DNA of 64,000 nucleotides, taken from Zootoca vivipara (lineage: Eukaryota). Below, one piece after another: positions 23,111 to 35,597 of this stretch (position 1 is its first letter; each line of letters opens with the position of its first letter). Under the pieces are notes generated by a model that had not been told where the DNA came from, searched no databases, and worked only from the letters and a program-made list of their open reading frames with translations. Location of the stretch: NCBI RefSeq assembly GCF_963506605.1, contig NC_083288.1, positions 29,264,001-29,328,000 on the forward strand, read 5' to 3'. The position numbers and the translations under genes are program-made.

Positions 23111-24058
23111 ATGGCTCTGAAGAAGTATAATACAACAGTGACAGAATTCATTCTCTTGGGTTTCTCTCAGAGTGCAAAGATTCAGTCCATCCTCTTCTTT
23201 ATCTTTCTCACCATGTACATCATAACCTGGCTTGGGAACCTCACCATTATAATAACAGTGATTTACACACGCCACCTCCACACACCTATGTACTTTTTTT
23301 TATCCAACTTGGCTGTAATAGACATCAGTGATTGCACAGTAACTGCACTCAAAATGCTGTGGGACCTTATCTCTCATACAAATTCCATCTCCTACAACTG
23401 GTGCATCACCCAAATGTTCTTCTTCCATTGCACTGGAGGTGCTGTTGTCTTCTTCCTAGTTGTAATGGCTGTGGACAGGTACATAGCTATCTATAAACCA
23501 CTGCAATATTTACTTATTATGAACCAAGGAGCTTGCATAGGCTTGGTTATTGGAGCTTGGTTGGGTGGCTTTGCTCACTCTATTGTCCAGGTAGCACTGA
23601 TACTTCAGTTACCATTCTGTGGGCCCAACATATTGGACAACTTTTACTGTGATGTTCCGCAAGTAATCAAACTAGCTTGCACAGACACATACATTACAGA
23701 GATACTGATGGTTTGTAACAGTGGACTGCTTCTCACACTGATCTTTTTTATCTTACTTGTGTCATATACTATGATTTTGGTGAAAATTAGAATGCATGTC
23801 ACAGAAGGGAAGCACAAAGCCCTGTCTACATGTTCTGCACAGGTCATAGTAATGAGCTTACATTTTGTTCCAGCAATGTTCATTTATGACCGCCCTTTCC
23901 GGGTGTCTCCAGTGGACAAAATAACCTCAGTCTTATACACTGCAATCACTCCAGTGCTAAATCCAATCATCTTCACTCTGAGGAACACCGAAATGAAAAA
24001 CAGCATTAGAAAACTGGTTGGGAATAATACGTTATTCAAAATAATGCAATCAAAATGA
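23111..24058 (+). CDS. Olfactory receptor, family 4 (OR4D-like), intact, 315 aa
   Basis: LHTPMYFFLSNL, MAVDRYIAIYKPL, GGFAHSIVQ, LPFCGPNILDNFYCDVPQVIKLACTDT, KALSTC and PVLNPIIFTLRN motifs. Confidence 0.96.
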   Translation: MALKKYNTTVTEFILLGFSQSAKIQSILFFIFLTMYIITWLGNLTIIITVIYTRHLHTPMYFFLSNLAVIDISDCTVTALKMLWDLISHTNSISYNWCITQMFFFHCTGGAVVFFLVVMAVDRYIAIYKPLQYLLIMNQGACIGLVIGAWLGGFAHSIVQVALILQLPFCGPNILDNFYCDVPQVIKLACTDTYITEILMVCNSGLLLTLIFFILLVSYTMILVKIRMHVTEGKHKALSTCSAQVIVMSLHFVPAMFIYDRPFRVSPVDKITSVLYTAITPVLNPIIFTLRNTEMKNSIRKLVGNNTLFKIMQSK

Positions 24059-24871
24059 CATCTTTCTCATAGAGACTGCTGTTCTCAGAACCCTAACCCA
24101 CACAAGTCAAATAACCCGCACAATATTGTGGCCCACCAAAACACACTTTTTTGAGGGTGTGTGTGACCCAAAAACATAGGCTCAAAAAGCACATTGGAGG
24201 GAAGGAGAGATTGCAGTGCCCAAAATAGTCTCGGTTTTACAGGGACAGTTGAAGGTGTTATAATATTATAGTTATATGATTATAGTGTTATAGTGACACA
24301 ATTTGAAAATTCAGTGAGAATGGGTACTATTAGATTTGCCACTCAATTGTAGCTGAAGTAAACATCCATCATGGCTATATATTTTCCTCCTCAAGAGGAA
24401 ATATCTGAATAATTTCAAGAGAAGTTGTTTTTGGCAAGAACCCATACTTTGTCATCTACAGTGGGTGACTTTTTGCAGAGGTGCAGAAGGGAAGGTAGTC
24501 ATTGGGGCTGCACTGTCTGCATGTGAGATTAAAATTACAATTTATTGTTGTACACATTTAAACAGCATGTTATATACATTATTTGCCCTCCCTCAAATCT
24601 GTGTCTAAGTCCAATTTTGGACATTGGTATCTGCATATAATTTTTTTTTGCTTTGTTTTTAGTATATTCTTTATAACAACATATAAAGCTTTGTAATAAA
24701 AAATGGTTTGAAGTTACACTGTGTCACAACTTTTAATTTTTGGCATGGGAGAAGCATGGGCCATAATCCAAAGCCAAATAAGGGAACCCTGATAACGGGT
24801 CTTGGGTGGAGTCACGTACAGTCTCAGCTTCAAATCAGGGGGGCTGAGAATGGTTGCCTCACACCAATGTC

Positions 24872-25395
24872 ATGAAAATAGGAACAGGAAAATAGCTTTA
24901 GCATGTGTAATGAGACAAAAATCCAATACAGTATCTCTATTCAGACCAGGTCCCTCCATAGTTTTCAGTTTAGTAATAAATTGTAATTCAGCAACTTCTC
25001 TTTCAAGTCTATTTCTGAAATTCTTTTGTAATAAGACAGCTGCTTTGAGACCCTGTATTGAGATCCTGTATTCAGACCTGGTTTGAATAGAGATATTGGA
25101 TTCTTGTCTCATTACACATGGTAATGCTCTTTTTTGTCATCTGCAAACTATCCGTTGCTTTTTCCTGTAGGATTAATTGCAGTTGTTAACAGTCGTCAAA
25201 CCGTTTGCCATACCCATTGAGTCAATCACCCATCTCCAACTACCCTTGGGGGGGGGGAACCCACCCCACCCTCCCACTACCGGTATATATAAGAGTCTGG
25301 TGACTTCTGTGTCAGTGTATCTGAAGAAGTGTGCATGCACATGAAAGCTTATACCCAGAACAAACTTAGTTGGTCTCTAAGGTACTACTGGACAT
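24872..25395. mobile_element. Penelope-like retroelement remnant: inverted GIY-YIG C-terminus (-) plus pseudo-LTR (+)
   Basis: Minus strand encodes LKAAVLLQKNFRNRLEREVAELQFITKLKTMEGPGLNRD; inverted copy of CCTGGT.TGAATAGAGATA..GTCTCATTACACATG; hammerhead-like motif at 25315-25356. Confidence 0.8.
25315..25356 (+). ncRNA. Minimal hammerhead ribozyme motif in the Penelope pseudo-LTR
   Basis: GTAT-CTGAAGA-A-GTGTGC-AT-GCACAT-GAAA-GCTT-ATAC: core boxes, stem II, palindromic AAGCTT stem III, and GTAT/ATAC stem I. Confidence 0.6.
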
Positions 25396-25932
25396 TTTTT
25401 TTTTCAACCAATAAAGTTGTTGCCATGTTTTACCCCAGCCTTGGCCTTTATCTCTTTGTCCGACTCACTAGCAATCATGCAGCAGTGACACAATATGTAT
25501 GAAATGACTGAATGTGCTGAGTTCATGCATTCCTAAATTGCCACTGAGTTTTACCTAAAGCAATTTTTTTGAATCAAGTGTAGGACCTCCTGTTAGCATG
25601 GAACAGGGATCTAAAGAATTTTGAACAAAGACAAAATGGCTTTCAACAAAGCTATGTAGTTTTTGTGTACTGCTTACTCTTTCCCTCTAAAAAGTGTAAA
25701 CATGGTTCTCCTCCTTGCACCTATTTTCACAAGAATATTTAAAGCATATTATTCCCTTGAAATAATCCTGTGAAGTGTAGTTTGATAAGGGTTTTGGAAC
25801 TGTGAGGAGTAAACAACAGTTCACAAGATTATTTCATGGAAATAATGTGCTTTAAATATATGCTGTTCAAATTGCCCCTGTAACATGGTTTAGGCTGATA
25901 CTGATTGAACCACGGTCCTCCAGTTATCCACT

Positions 25933-25933
<1 letters not shown>

Positions 25934-25980
<47 letters not shown>

Positions 25981-26015
25981 TTATTTATACCCTGCCCATC
26001 TGGCTGGGTTTCCCC
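25934..26015 (-). mobile_element. Short L2 tail with (AAC)n microsatellite
   Basis: (AAC)n followed by TTTATTTATACCCTGCCCATCTGGCTGGGTTTCCCC. Confidence 0.75.
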
Positions 26016-26149
26016 ATATATGAGTATAGATATAAATATGCATCTTCCAGGTCATAGTCCAAACCTTCTGACTGGTTCTCTAACTGTTAAACTTCTTTTT
26101 CACAATGGCTTTGCTGTATTTTTAAAAATTATTTATTTAGGTAAATTAT

Positions 26150-26494
26150 ATGCTGTGGTGTTTTTATGCTGTTTGGTATAGCCTTATCAACCCGACCCAT
26201 CAAGGGTTAACTCAGACTCCGTGTCGACTGACTGAACAGTCCAGGAGGGGAGGGGAATGGTTGAATGTTTAAAGAGAAGGGACAGCCGTTTTGTCAGTTG
26301 AGAGGGTGCTGGGGAGCGGGAGTGTGAGGGTGGTTGTGAAGAAGATCTAGGAGAGTAGGTTTAGGCTAGGTAGTCGATAGGTTATCTAGTACACGAGTAA
26401 CAAAGTTATGACTGTTGAAACTAAGTTTGTACAAAGGAAACCTTAAAGCAACCATTACATTCTTGAGCAATAAAATTTCCAGTGTTAAAGTGCC

Positions 26495-26535
<41 letters not shown>

Positions 26536-27000
26536 TTCCAGCCAAGGTACATGAAAACTCATTCAGGAGGACATCCATTAAAAAGAGAACACTTCCTTCG
26601 AGAGGGGAATGGTTAGTTTGTATCTTTGGGGTGCACCAAGAGGGCGAGCCAGGCAGACAGACCCAGGGTGTCATAAAGTTACCTCAGGGGAGAGTCAAGC
26701 TTTTACAGAAAGGGATTTCTAGAGGCAGAACTTCCTAAACTGTGGACACAAGGGATAGTCTCAGATATAGCCCTGAACTTTAAAAAGTACCTGGCCACGT
26801 TTGCGCTGGAAGAAGACTCTCTTTTGTATAAAAGGAGAAGAAAAAGAATAAAACCCTCGAGTGCATGAGGGAATACAGGATAGGCTAAAGGGAACAATAG
26901 GGGGAGGCTCGGTTTACCCCAGATCCTCCCTGTTAGTTCTTGCATTAAGTGAGAGGTAGAATAAATAAGATGGAAGCAAGGGTCTTTCGTTGCATATGCC
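26150..27000 (+). mobile_element. Possible LTR-derived fragments, with (GTT)n at 26495-26533
   Basis: Purine-rich U3-like tract, AATAAA at ~26468 and ~26847, TGTCA-like end at ~26673. No TSD confirmed. Confidence 0.3.
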
Positions 27001-28882
27001 ACTTTGTATTTCTATTAAAATCTCTAAGTGGTTCAAAATACCCTAAAATAATATAAAGAAAAGTCAAATTTAAACCCCCCATTAAAATTTCCACATTTTA
27101 GAACAGAACAGGTAACAAATCGAAAATATACCTTCTTAAACAGAAACAACTAATAAACGTGGACCAAGGTAAGTGCAGAACACAGAAATACTGCAGCTAT
27201 GTATAACTTGTAAGTTCAATTGTATCTGTATGTCTTGCTCACAAAAAAAGAGGAAAGAAACAATGTCTATTGTAATGTCTGTGCCAATATTTAGCTGATT
27301 GTAGCTTTGAAAATCTTTAATGATCCCCTTTGTGGTTTTGTTCCTGATTCACAGTGCAGATACAGTTATTCTCCAAAGTCTGATAAAGCTTGAGTGCAGT
27401 GGCTAGAGTCTTCCATTGTTTATTTGATTAATCGGAATCCAGCTGGATTCACAGCTGGATTCACAGACAAGCCTTTTGGGGAATTATTTTGCATTATTAT
27501 TACCTTGGATGTACTAAGTTGCTTTAGGCACATAGTTCAATCAATAGTATTGTTGTTCATAATGATGGTGGTGGTGGTTTTTTGTTTTAGGTATCACAGG
27601 ATGTCTGGAGGTGTTAGTGATTTCTGTATAGGGAGAAGCCTACTTAACTTTACTCCCTCTGATATACTGAAAGTTTCATTTATTAAAGCTGGGACTATGA
27701 AATTATAGAGAATCAGGAACAGAACACTTTTTTGTAACTTCTGATCCTAGTGTACTTCTGAAAGAATCATGAGGTGCTTGGCTGAAAAGGGACACAAGGC
27801 TCTTTTTGGAAGTTCCCACTTCTAAAGAACTAGTCTGTATTTCCTGGCATTTACTACTTCATAGGTTGTCTAATGACATTTAAAGGTATGTTGAAGATAA
27901 AGATGATTTATAGGACATATATTTAGGATGAAGTCCCCTTCCATTTAATTACATTCTCAATTTGCAGCAAGCCTCCTTTCCAAGGAGGGAAAGGCATAGC
28001 CAACACCAGCAAGGTGCAGAAAATCCATTTTCTCTTTTGTTATTCAGACACAATGAGCCCTAGTTCCCTGTTCAGGAGCTTGTAGAGCTATTCTCCACCT
28101 GGTCACCAAAGACAATAACTCAGAGAGTGATATGTTTTGCACTCTAGCAACTGGGACCCATCTGCTTCTGGAAAGAAGAACAAAATAAATAGGACTTTTC
28201 AGTTTCTGGATGCCTGATCCTGATTATCTTAAAAGGTGCTAGTGAATGGTTTGACTGGCGATCTGCATTGAATTATGTGCTTTGAAGAGGTGCTTCTAGA
28301 AAAAAAATATGGAACTATTCCTGTATCAGCTTGGTCTTTTCAAATTGTAATCAGAAAAGGCTCTGCTAATGGGAATGTTATGGCATCAACAGCATATTGA
28401 AATTATGGTTGGTTCAGAAATATAGTTGTAGAAAATTAAAGATTCTGGTCTGAAACTGTGCCCCTGAGAAAAAATATTTCAACAATATTTTTGTTTATAA
28501 TTTAAAGATTAAACTTGCTATATACAAATATAGGTTAGCACATTCATATGAATATACTATGCAGGATATTATCATTTTAGCATATTAGGCAGCATATTTA
28601 AAATATTTGATGGAGATGAGGAAGACCAACATAGGGAATGTAGTTTACACTCATGTTTCCATTATCTTTACAATTCTCCAAAATGTAAACAATATAATGG
28701 TTACATAATGGAATATGTGTGGGCCAACTAACCAAGTGTTCTATCAGAGATAGGACTGATACAACGTACAGCTCCCTTACATCTATAGACATTTTTTACA
28801 GACAACTCTGGGATATAGGTATCAGCACATGCCAGTTTGATGAGCTGTGGAATGTCACAGAAGAAATTATCCAGTATGTTGG

Positions 28883-30005
28883 ATCAAATAAATGTCAATA
28901 ATTATTAAGCACATTAACGTTTCTTGCTGCTTGGAAGATATCACAGAAATAGTAAACAACACATAAATACATACATACATACATATAAGTCGAACTAGAG
29001 TCACTTTATTTATTTATACCATAAAAATTGCTGCAGAGGAAACATTATTGGTTCGGGAGCAAACCAGAACCTGGGAAAAAAAAAACTTTAGCTAGCTTAG
29101 GGCAACAAAACCCCTAATGCAAGAACTGGAGGTGTCACTATCCAGCCTTATTATTTTTTACCACTTATATGGCGAGTGTGTTGGTTCCCCACCCCCATAA
29201 ATGTTATGTTAGATGATATATTGATGTTTTGTATGATCTCCCATTCGTTTTCCTCCTTCTCTTATGGTATTTTTGTCTCTGTGTGTCATAGGACCCAACG
29301 GCTAGTGACCATGGGGGTTTCACCCCCCACAATAAAATATTTGATGGGCTAGACGCCCACAAAGTTAATGGACATTCCCATTCAAATAGTGTGTGTGAAC
29401 TGTATCATGTGATCGATTATGCATGGCAGGGCTTGCCTGGGCCGCCACAATATTTTATCCAAGTTGGAACCCTATATATAAGAGGGTCCCCAGGTAGTGC
29501 CACATTAAGACCATTAGAGGCCCTAAGCACTTTAAAAAATGTTGATGCCCCCGGTATATCTAAGTCAACATATAAACAATAATAAACCACACAATAAAGT
29601 TTTATTTTTTGAAATGAAGCAACACCTACCGTATGATGGAAAATGATGTTTGGTTTTGTATAGTCTTCTGCTTTTTATAATTGCAAAGTTTTTGATCTGA
29701 TCCCCAGAACTAATCTTACATCATTTCTATTATCTTGGTGGTAATTTTGCTTAATAGTTAATCCAGCTTTGTCCACAGGCTATAACACAACTACTCCCCT
29801 CCCACACCTGAACTTCCCAAAGTGACCAAATTAAAGACCTGGTTCGTCTAATCAATATAGGGCTGCTGTAGGTTCAGAATTTCCTGGATATAGCTGGGAT
29901 TCAAAGATCGGAAATATCGTCGGGCAGAATTTTGGAAAAGCAGCTAAAACATCTGGGAAGTCTTAGGCAGCCCATATTGGAAGTGGTTTTTTGTTTTTGA
30001 TTATG
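28883..30005 (-). repeat. 1,123-bp inverted copy of 37692-38814
   Basis: Paired coordinates sum to 67697 at both ends and internally; ORFs 29391-29582(+) and 38115-38306(-) are identical; the A10/T10 run and the (TATG) tract have matching lengths. Confidence 0.95.
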
Positions 30006-30009
30006 GGCT

Positions 30010-30039
30010 TCACTGTGTGTTCATGAAAGAGAGACATAG
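30010..30039 (+). pseudogene. Last 9 codons plus stop of a deleted OR4D-like paralog
   Basis: TCA CTG TGT GTT CAT GAA AGA GAG ACA TAG = SLCVHERET*, as at 37119-37148. Confidence 0.8.
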
Positions 30040-32730
30040 AACTTAAGCACCTTTGTTAAAATGTTTTCCTAAAAGTATATACTGCATTTTTAAAATTTAT
30101 TTTGCGTTCTATTCCCATGCATATGATGTTGACTTCAATCACCCCCAGGAGCTCTCTCTCTCTCTATGTCCCTGCCCTTAAAGGCTTGTTCTACTGCCTA
30201 TTCCACCTAAGTAATGGGCAGTGAGCCAATGTGATGTTTCTGCATCACTCATATGTTTTATGCATGGGGCTGGGGCAGACATCCGTGTTTCAGAGCTGGG
30301 CATCCATACCTCGCCCTCTTCTCATTGCAGAAGCAGCTGCCTGTCTCAGCTATCAATGTGACTTGCTGGTTGCTTTGGGGTTGAGTAGGAATTTTTTTGC
30401 TGATCCACGTTGTTTGTGGGTTTTGTTGTTTTTCGCCTACTGAATACTGAATAATTGGGTGCTGGGCATTAGGTGGTCTGGTGTGCTATTAATTTAGGGT
30501 TGCTATTGCAAAATCTTGGCTTTCAAAGAAACATAATCAAAACAAAACAAAAACAAAAACAAAAACACAACACTTCCAATATGGGCTGCCTGAGTCTTCC
30601 TGGATGTTTTAGCTGCTTTTCCAAAATTCTGCCCGACGATATTTCTGATGTTTGAATCCCAGCTATGTCCAGGATATTCTGAACGTACGGCAGCCCTATA
30701 TTGATCAGACAAACCAGGTCTGTAATTTGGTCACTTTGGGAAGTTCAGGTGTGGGAAGGGGAGTAGTTGTGTTTTAGCCTGGGGACAAGGCTGGATTAAC
30801 TATTAATCCTTGTTTGTGGGTTTTGTTGTTTTTCGCCTACTCCATACTGATTAATTGGGTGCTGGGCATTAGATGGTCTGGTGTGCTATTAATTTAGGGT
30901 TGCCATTGCAAAATCCTGGCTTTTAAAGGAAAATCATCATCATCATTATCATCATCGTCAAAAACAAAAACAAAAAAACCCACTTCCAATATTGGCTGTG
31001 TGAGTCTTCCCAGACGTTTTAGCTGCTTTTCCAAAATTCTGCCCGATGATATTTCTGATGTTTGAATCCCAGCTATGTCCAGGATATTCTGAACGTACGG
31101 CAGCCCTACATTGATCAGACAAACCAGGTCTTTAATTTGGTCACTTTGGGAAGTTCAGGTGTGGGAAGGGGAGTAGTTGTGTTTTAGCCTGGGGACAAGG
31201 CTGGATTAACTATTAAGCAAAATTACCACCAAGGAGATGGGGGGGGGCATAGAAATGATGTAAGATTAGTTCTGACGATCTTATCAAAAACTTTGCAATT
31301 ATAAAAAGCAGAAGACTATACAAAACCAAACAACATTTTCCATCATACGGTAGGTGTCGTTGCATTTCAAAAAATAAAAATAAAAAAATATTGTGTGGTT
31401 TATTATTTTTTATATGTTGACTTAGATATACAGGGGGCACTAGCATCTTTTAAGTGCTTAAAGCCTCTAAAGGTCTTAATGTGGCACTACCTGGGGACCC
31501 TCTTATATATAGGGTTCCAACTTGAATAAAATATTGTGGGGGCCCAGGCAAGCCCTGCCATGCATAATTGATCACATCATACAGTGCACACACACTATTT
31601 AAATGGGAATGCCCATTAACTTTGTGGGGGTCTAGCCCCCTCAATTTTTTATTGGGGGGGTGAAGCCCCCGTGGCCACTAGCAGTTGGGTCCTATGACAC
31701 ACAGACACAAAAATACCGTAAGAGAAGGAGGAAAAGGAATGGGAGATCATACATCAATACATTATCTAACATAACATTTATTGGGGGGTGGGAACCAACA
31801 CACTCACAATATAAGTGGTAAAAAATAACAAACAACATTAATGTCCTCACCTTCTTGGTGTGGCCTAGGGGTGGGATGAAGGCTGGATAGTGACACCTCC
31901 AGTTCTTGCATTAGGGGGTTTGTTGCCCTAAGCTAGCTAAAGTTATTTTTTTCCAGGTTCTGGTTTGCTCCCAAACTAATAATGTTTCCTCTGCAGCAGT
32001 TTTTATGGAATAAATAAATAAAGTGACCCTAGTTCGACCTGTATGTATGTATGTATGTATGTATGTATGTATGTATGTATTTATTCATTTATTTGTTTTT
32101 TACTATTTCTGTGATATCTTCAAAGCAGCAAGAAACCTGAATGTGCTTAATAATTATTGACATTTATTGGATTGGATTGGAAAACGTCCTCTGGACTTTT
32201 TGCATGTATGGCTAAATAACCTTAAAATATCATCTTTCTGAAAATCAAACTAACCATGTGATGTTTTTATGTCAGATTTAGTGGATCTGAATCAATATTG
32301 CATATTGTATAAATATGATGATGACAGTAATTTCCAAAGGTCTGGCACCATCACTGTTACTGGGAGACCCAGCCAGATGGGCGGGTTATAAATAACATAT
32401 TATTATTAAATTATTATGTGTTCATCAGAGAGGTCAATAGAGAGCTCTGCAAGTTGCACTTTAGTGTTACTAATATAGTTTTTTCCAATCATTATTGTTT
32501 GTAGAGTTCCAAACCACTGTATGTCTGAATCAAAAACACTCCTGTTGCTTCTTGAAATTATTTTACATAGGTTTCTACTTTGACTTTATCAAATCGGTTT
32601 GCACATCTTATTAACATTATATTTTTTAAAAATCACATTTATTTTGTTTTATTTATTTTTAGGGTCCCAAGTCCCTGCATGTGTGGGTGAAGAACAATTA
32701 TGTTGGCATCAGGAGTATTTATTTATTTTT
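30010..32730 (+). repeat. Segmental duplicate of 37119-40155 (OR 3' end and flank), with an internal ~400-bp tandem duplication (30408-30806 / 30807-31216)
   Basis: Collinear similarity; paired ORFs 30231/37331 and 32599/40025; lacks the 38967-39748 insertion. Confidence 0.9.
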
Positions 32731-34570
32731 ATTTTCATTGACACTTGTTCATTTAGATTTTATAAACCAAATCTTGTGGACTGTGCCCCTGATTTGGCTT
32801 ATCTCATGACATTAGCTGAGCCTCTGTTGACTAAATAGCATATTGGACCTTAATGATCTCCCCTGTGTTTTGATTCCCCAGTCTATCCAAGTTTCACATA
32901 ATGCTGAAACTCATAAGCAAATTCATTGCATCTCTATTATTTGCAGACATATGAACATATCAACACCAATATCAACACCAGAGCCCCCTTTTGGATACAA
33001 ATCCTTTGTCATCTCATATTATTACTAGGAGACAATAAGCACTGATTCTCTATTCGGGAGACTGTAGGGTTATTCTCCATCAAAGGTAATACTTTTGGTG
33101 CAGGTTTCTGAAGTCACCCTTTCATTATAGCTCTTTTCTCATTCTTGTCTCTGTGTTCATTTCTGGTATTAAAAGCAGAATCACTGATGGTTAATTTCTT
33201 CAATATAGAAGATAAGAAGAAATTCTTGGAGTAATATGCTATAGACTCTAGAAAATGGAACAACAGAATTTTGAAAGAAAGAAAAACGAGGCTTGATCCC
33301 TTTTTCAATCTTCTGCCTTCATGATTTCTAATGCTCATCTTCTCGTGGATTACTGATGATTTAAAAAGATAATGATGAGTTGAATTCTGTATGTTGGTGA
33401 TGGTTTAATAGACTTATTTGCACTGAATTACATTATTCGTCTGAACAGATGCTTACCAAGGAGAAATAACTGTGCTTCTCTAGGATGACAGCTATTCAAC
33501 TTGTTTTGTAATTAGAAATGGAAAGTTCCCAGCTAATTGGACTGCTGGGTATAAAATGTGGAAATTTATTTATTTCTTCTATTTCATAACATTTAGATAC
33601 TGCTTGATTGTAGAAAAAGACCCTGAAAGTTCTTTCCAAAATGATAGCACACTAAAATTATCACTAAAATAGGTGCATCATGATTTAAAACATACAGAAA
33701 TTTAAAAAACCACCATATAATAGGCTGAAACAAATTAGAATTCATACAAAGCTACAATAAACTGCCATAATATTATGTCAATATGGCACATGTCCGTTCC
33801 AAAAAGGGGAAAGCAATCCTTATCCCTTTACTGGGGAGTAAGACCCATTTACTTCAATATGATTTACCTTCCATAGACAAGATTGGGATTTGCAAACTTT
33901 TGAACTGTGGGAAATGTTTAATTTTTTTAGTAATGCTGGACAGATGAAGTGATACTTGATGAAGTCTAATTGTCTATCTACAACCCAAATTATGATTTGA
34001 TTGTGGTGGGGGACCTGCAATGGGTGTGTCAAGAGTTGTTTGAGGAAGTAATAAGTTGACAATACTTTTAATGGTCCTTAGTGAGCCTCAGTAGGATGCT
34101 CAAATGGAGAAGAACAGCACAGCAGTAACAGAATTTGTCCTCCTGGGCTTTTCTCAGAATCCCAGAATACAGTCCCTTCTCTTCTTCCTTTTCCTCACCG
34201 TCTACAGCACAACTTGGTTGGGGAATCTCACCATTATAGTCACTGTGATCACCACCCCCAGCCTGCATACGCCCATGTACTTTTTGCTAGCTAACTTGGC
34301 TGTCGTAGACATCAGTGAATCAACAGTCACATCACTGAAAATATTATGGGACCTCTTCTCCCATACTCATACCATCTCCTACAATTGGTGTATTGCACAG
34401 ATCTTCTTCTTCCATTTAACTGGGGGTGCTGTGGACTTCTTACTTGTGGCGATGGCTGTCGACCGGTACATAGCCATCTACGAACCACTGAGATATTTAG
34501 TTATCATGAACAGGGGAGTTTGTATAGGTTTGGTAGCTGGGTCGTGGTTGGGGGGCTTTGCTCACTCCAT

Positions 34571-34827
34571 TCATTAGATGCACCAGGTCCTTAATTTTGT
34601 TACTTTGGGAAGTTCAGATGTGGGAATGGGAGTAGTTGTGTTTTAGCCTGTGAACAAGACTGGATTAACTATTTAAAAAAATTAGCACCAAAGAGATGGG
34701 GGGTGGGTCCCCACAGAAATCATGTAAGATTAATTCTGAAGATATGATCAAAAACTATGCAATTATAAAAAGCAGAAGACTATACAAAACCAAACATCAT
34801 TTTCCATCATACGGTAGGTGTCGTCTC

Positions 34828-34878
<51 letters not shown>

Positions 34879-35597
34879 GTGTGGTTTATTATTGTTTATA
34901 TGTTGACTTAGATATACCGGGGCACCAACATTTTTTAAAGTGCTTAGGGCCTCTAATGGTCTTAATGTGGCACTACCTGGGGACCCTCTTATATATGGGG
35001 TTCCAACTTGAATAAAATATTGTGGGGCCCCAGGCAAGCCCTGCCATGCATAATCAATCACATGATACAGTGCAGACACTATTTTAATGGGAATGCCCCT
35101 TTAATTTTGTGGGGGTCAAGCCCCCTCAAATATTTTATTGTGGGGGGTGAAGCCCCTGTGGCCACTAGCAGTTGGGTCCTATGACACACAGACACAAAAA
35201 TACTGTAAGAAAAGGAAGAAAATGAATGGGAGATCATACAAAACATCAATATATCATCTAACATAACATTTATGGGGGGGAGAACTAACACACCCGCCAT
35301 ATAAGTGGTAAAAAATAACAAACAACATTAACGTCCTCACCTTCTTGGTGTGGCCTAGGGGTGGGATGAAGGCTGGATAGTGACACCTCCAGTTCTTACA
35401 TCAGGGGTTTTGTTGCCCTAAGCTAGCTAAAGTTTTTTTCCCCCAGGATCTGGTTTGCTCCCGAATCAACAATGTTTCCTCTGCAGCAGTGTTTATGGTA
35501 TAAATAAAAAAAGTGACCCTAGTTTGACCTTTATTTATTTATTTTTGTGTTATTTACTATTTCTGTGATATCTTCAAAGCAGCAAGAAAGGTTAATA
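34571..35597 (+). repeat. Diverged copy of the OR 3'-flank block (cf. 31111-32143 and 37843-38783), with (TA)n at 34829-34874
   Basis: Shared CCAGGTC..TTTGGGAAGTTCAG..GCAGCAAGAAA sequence, including an old MITE (TAGGGTTCCAACTT..AGTTGGGTCCTATG). Confidence 0.9.
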
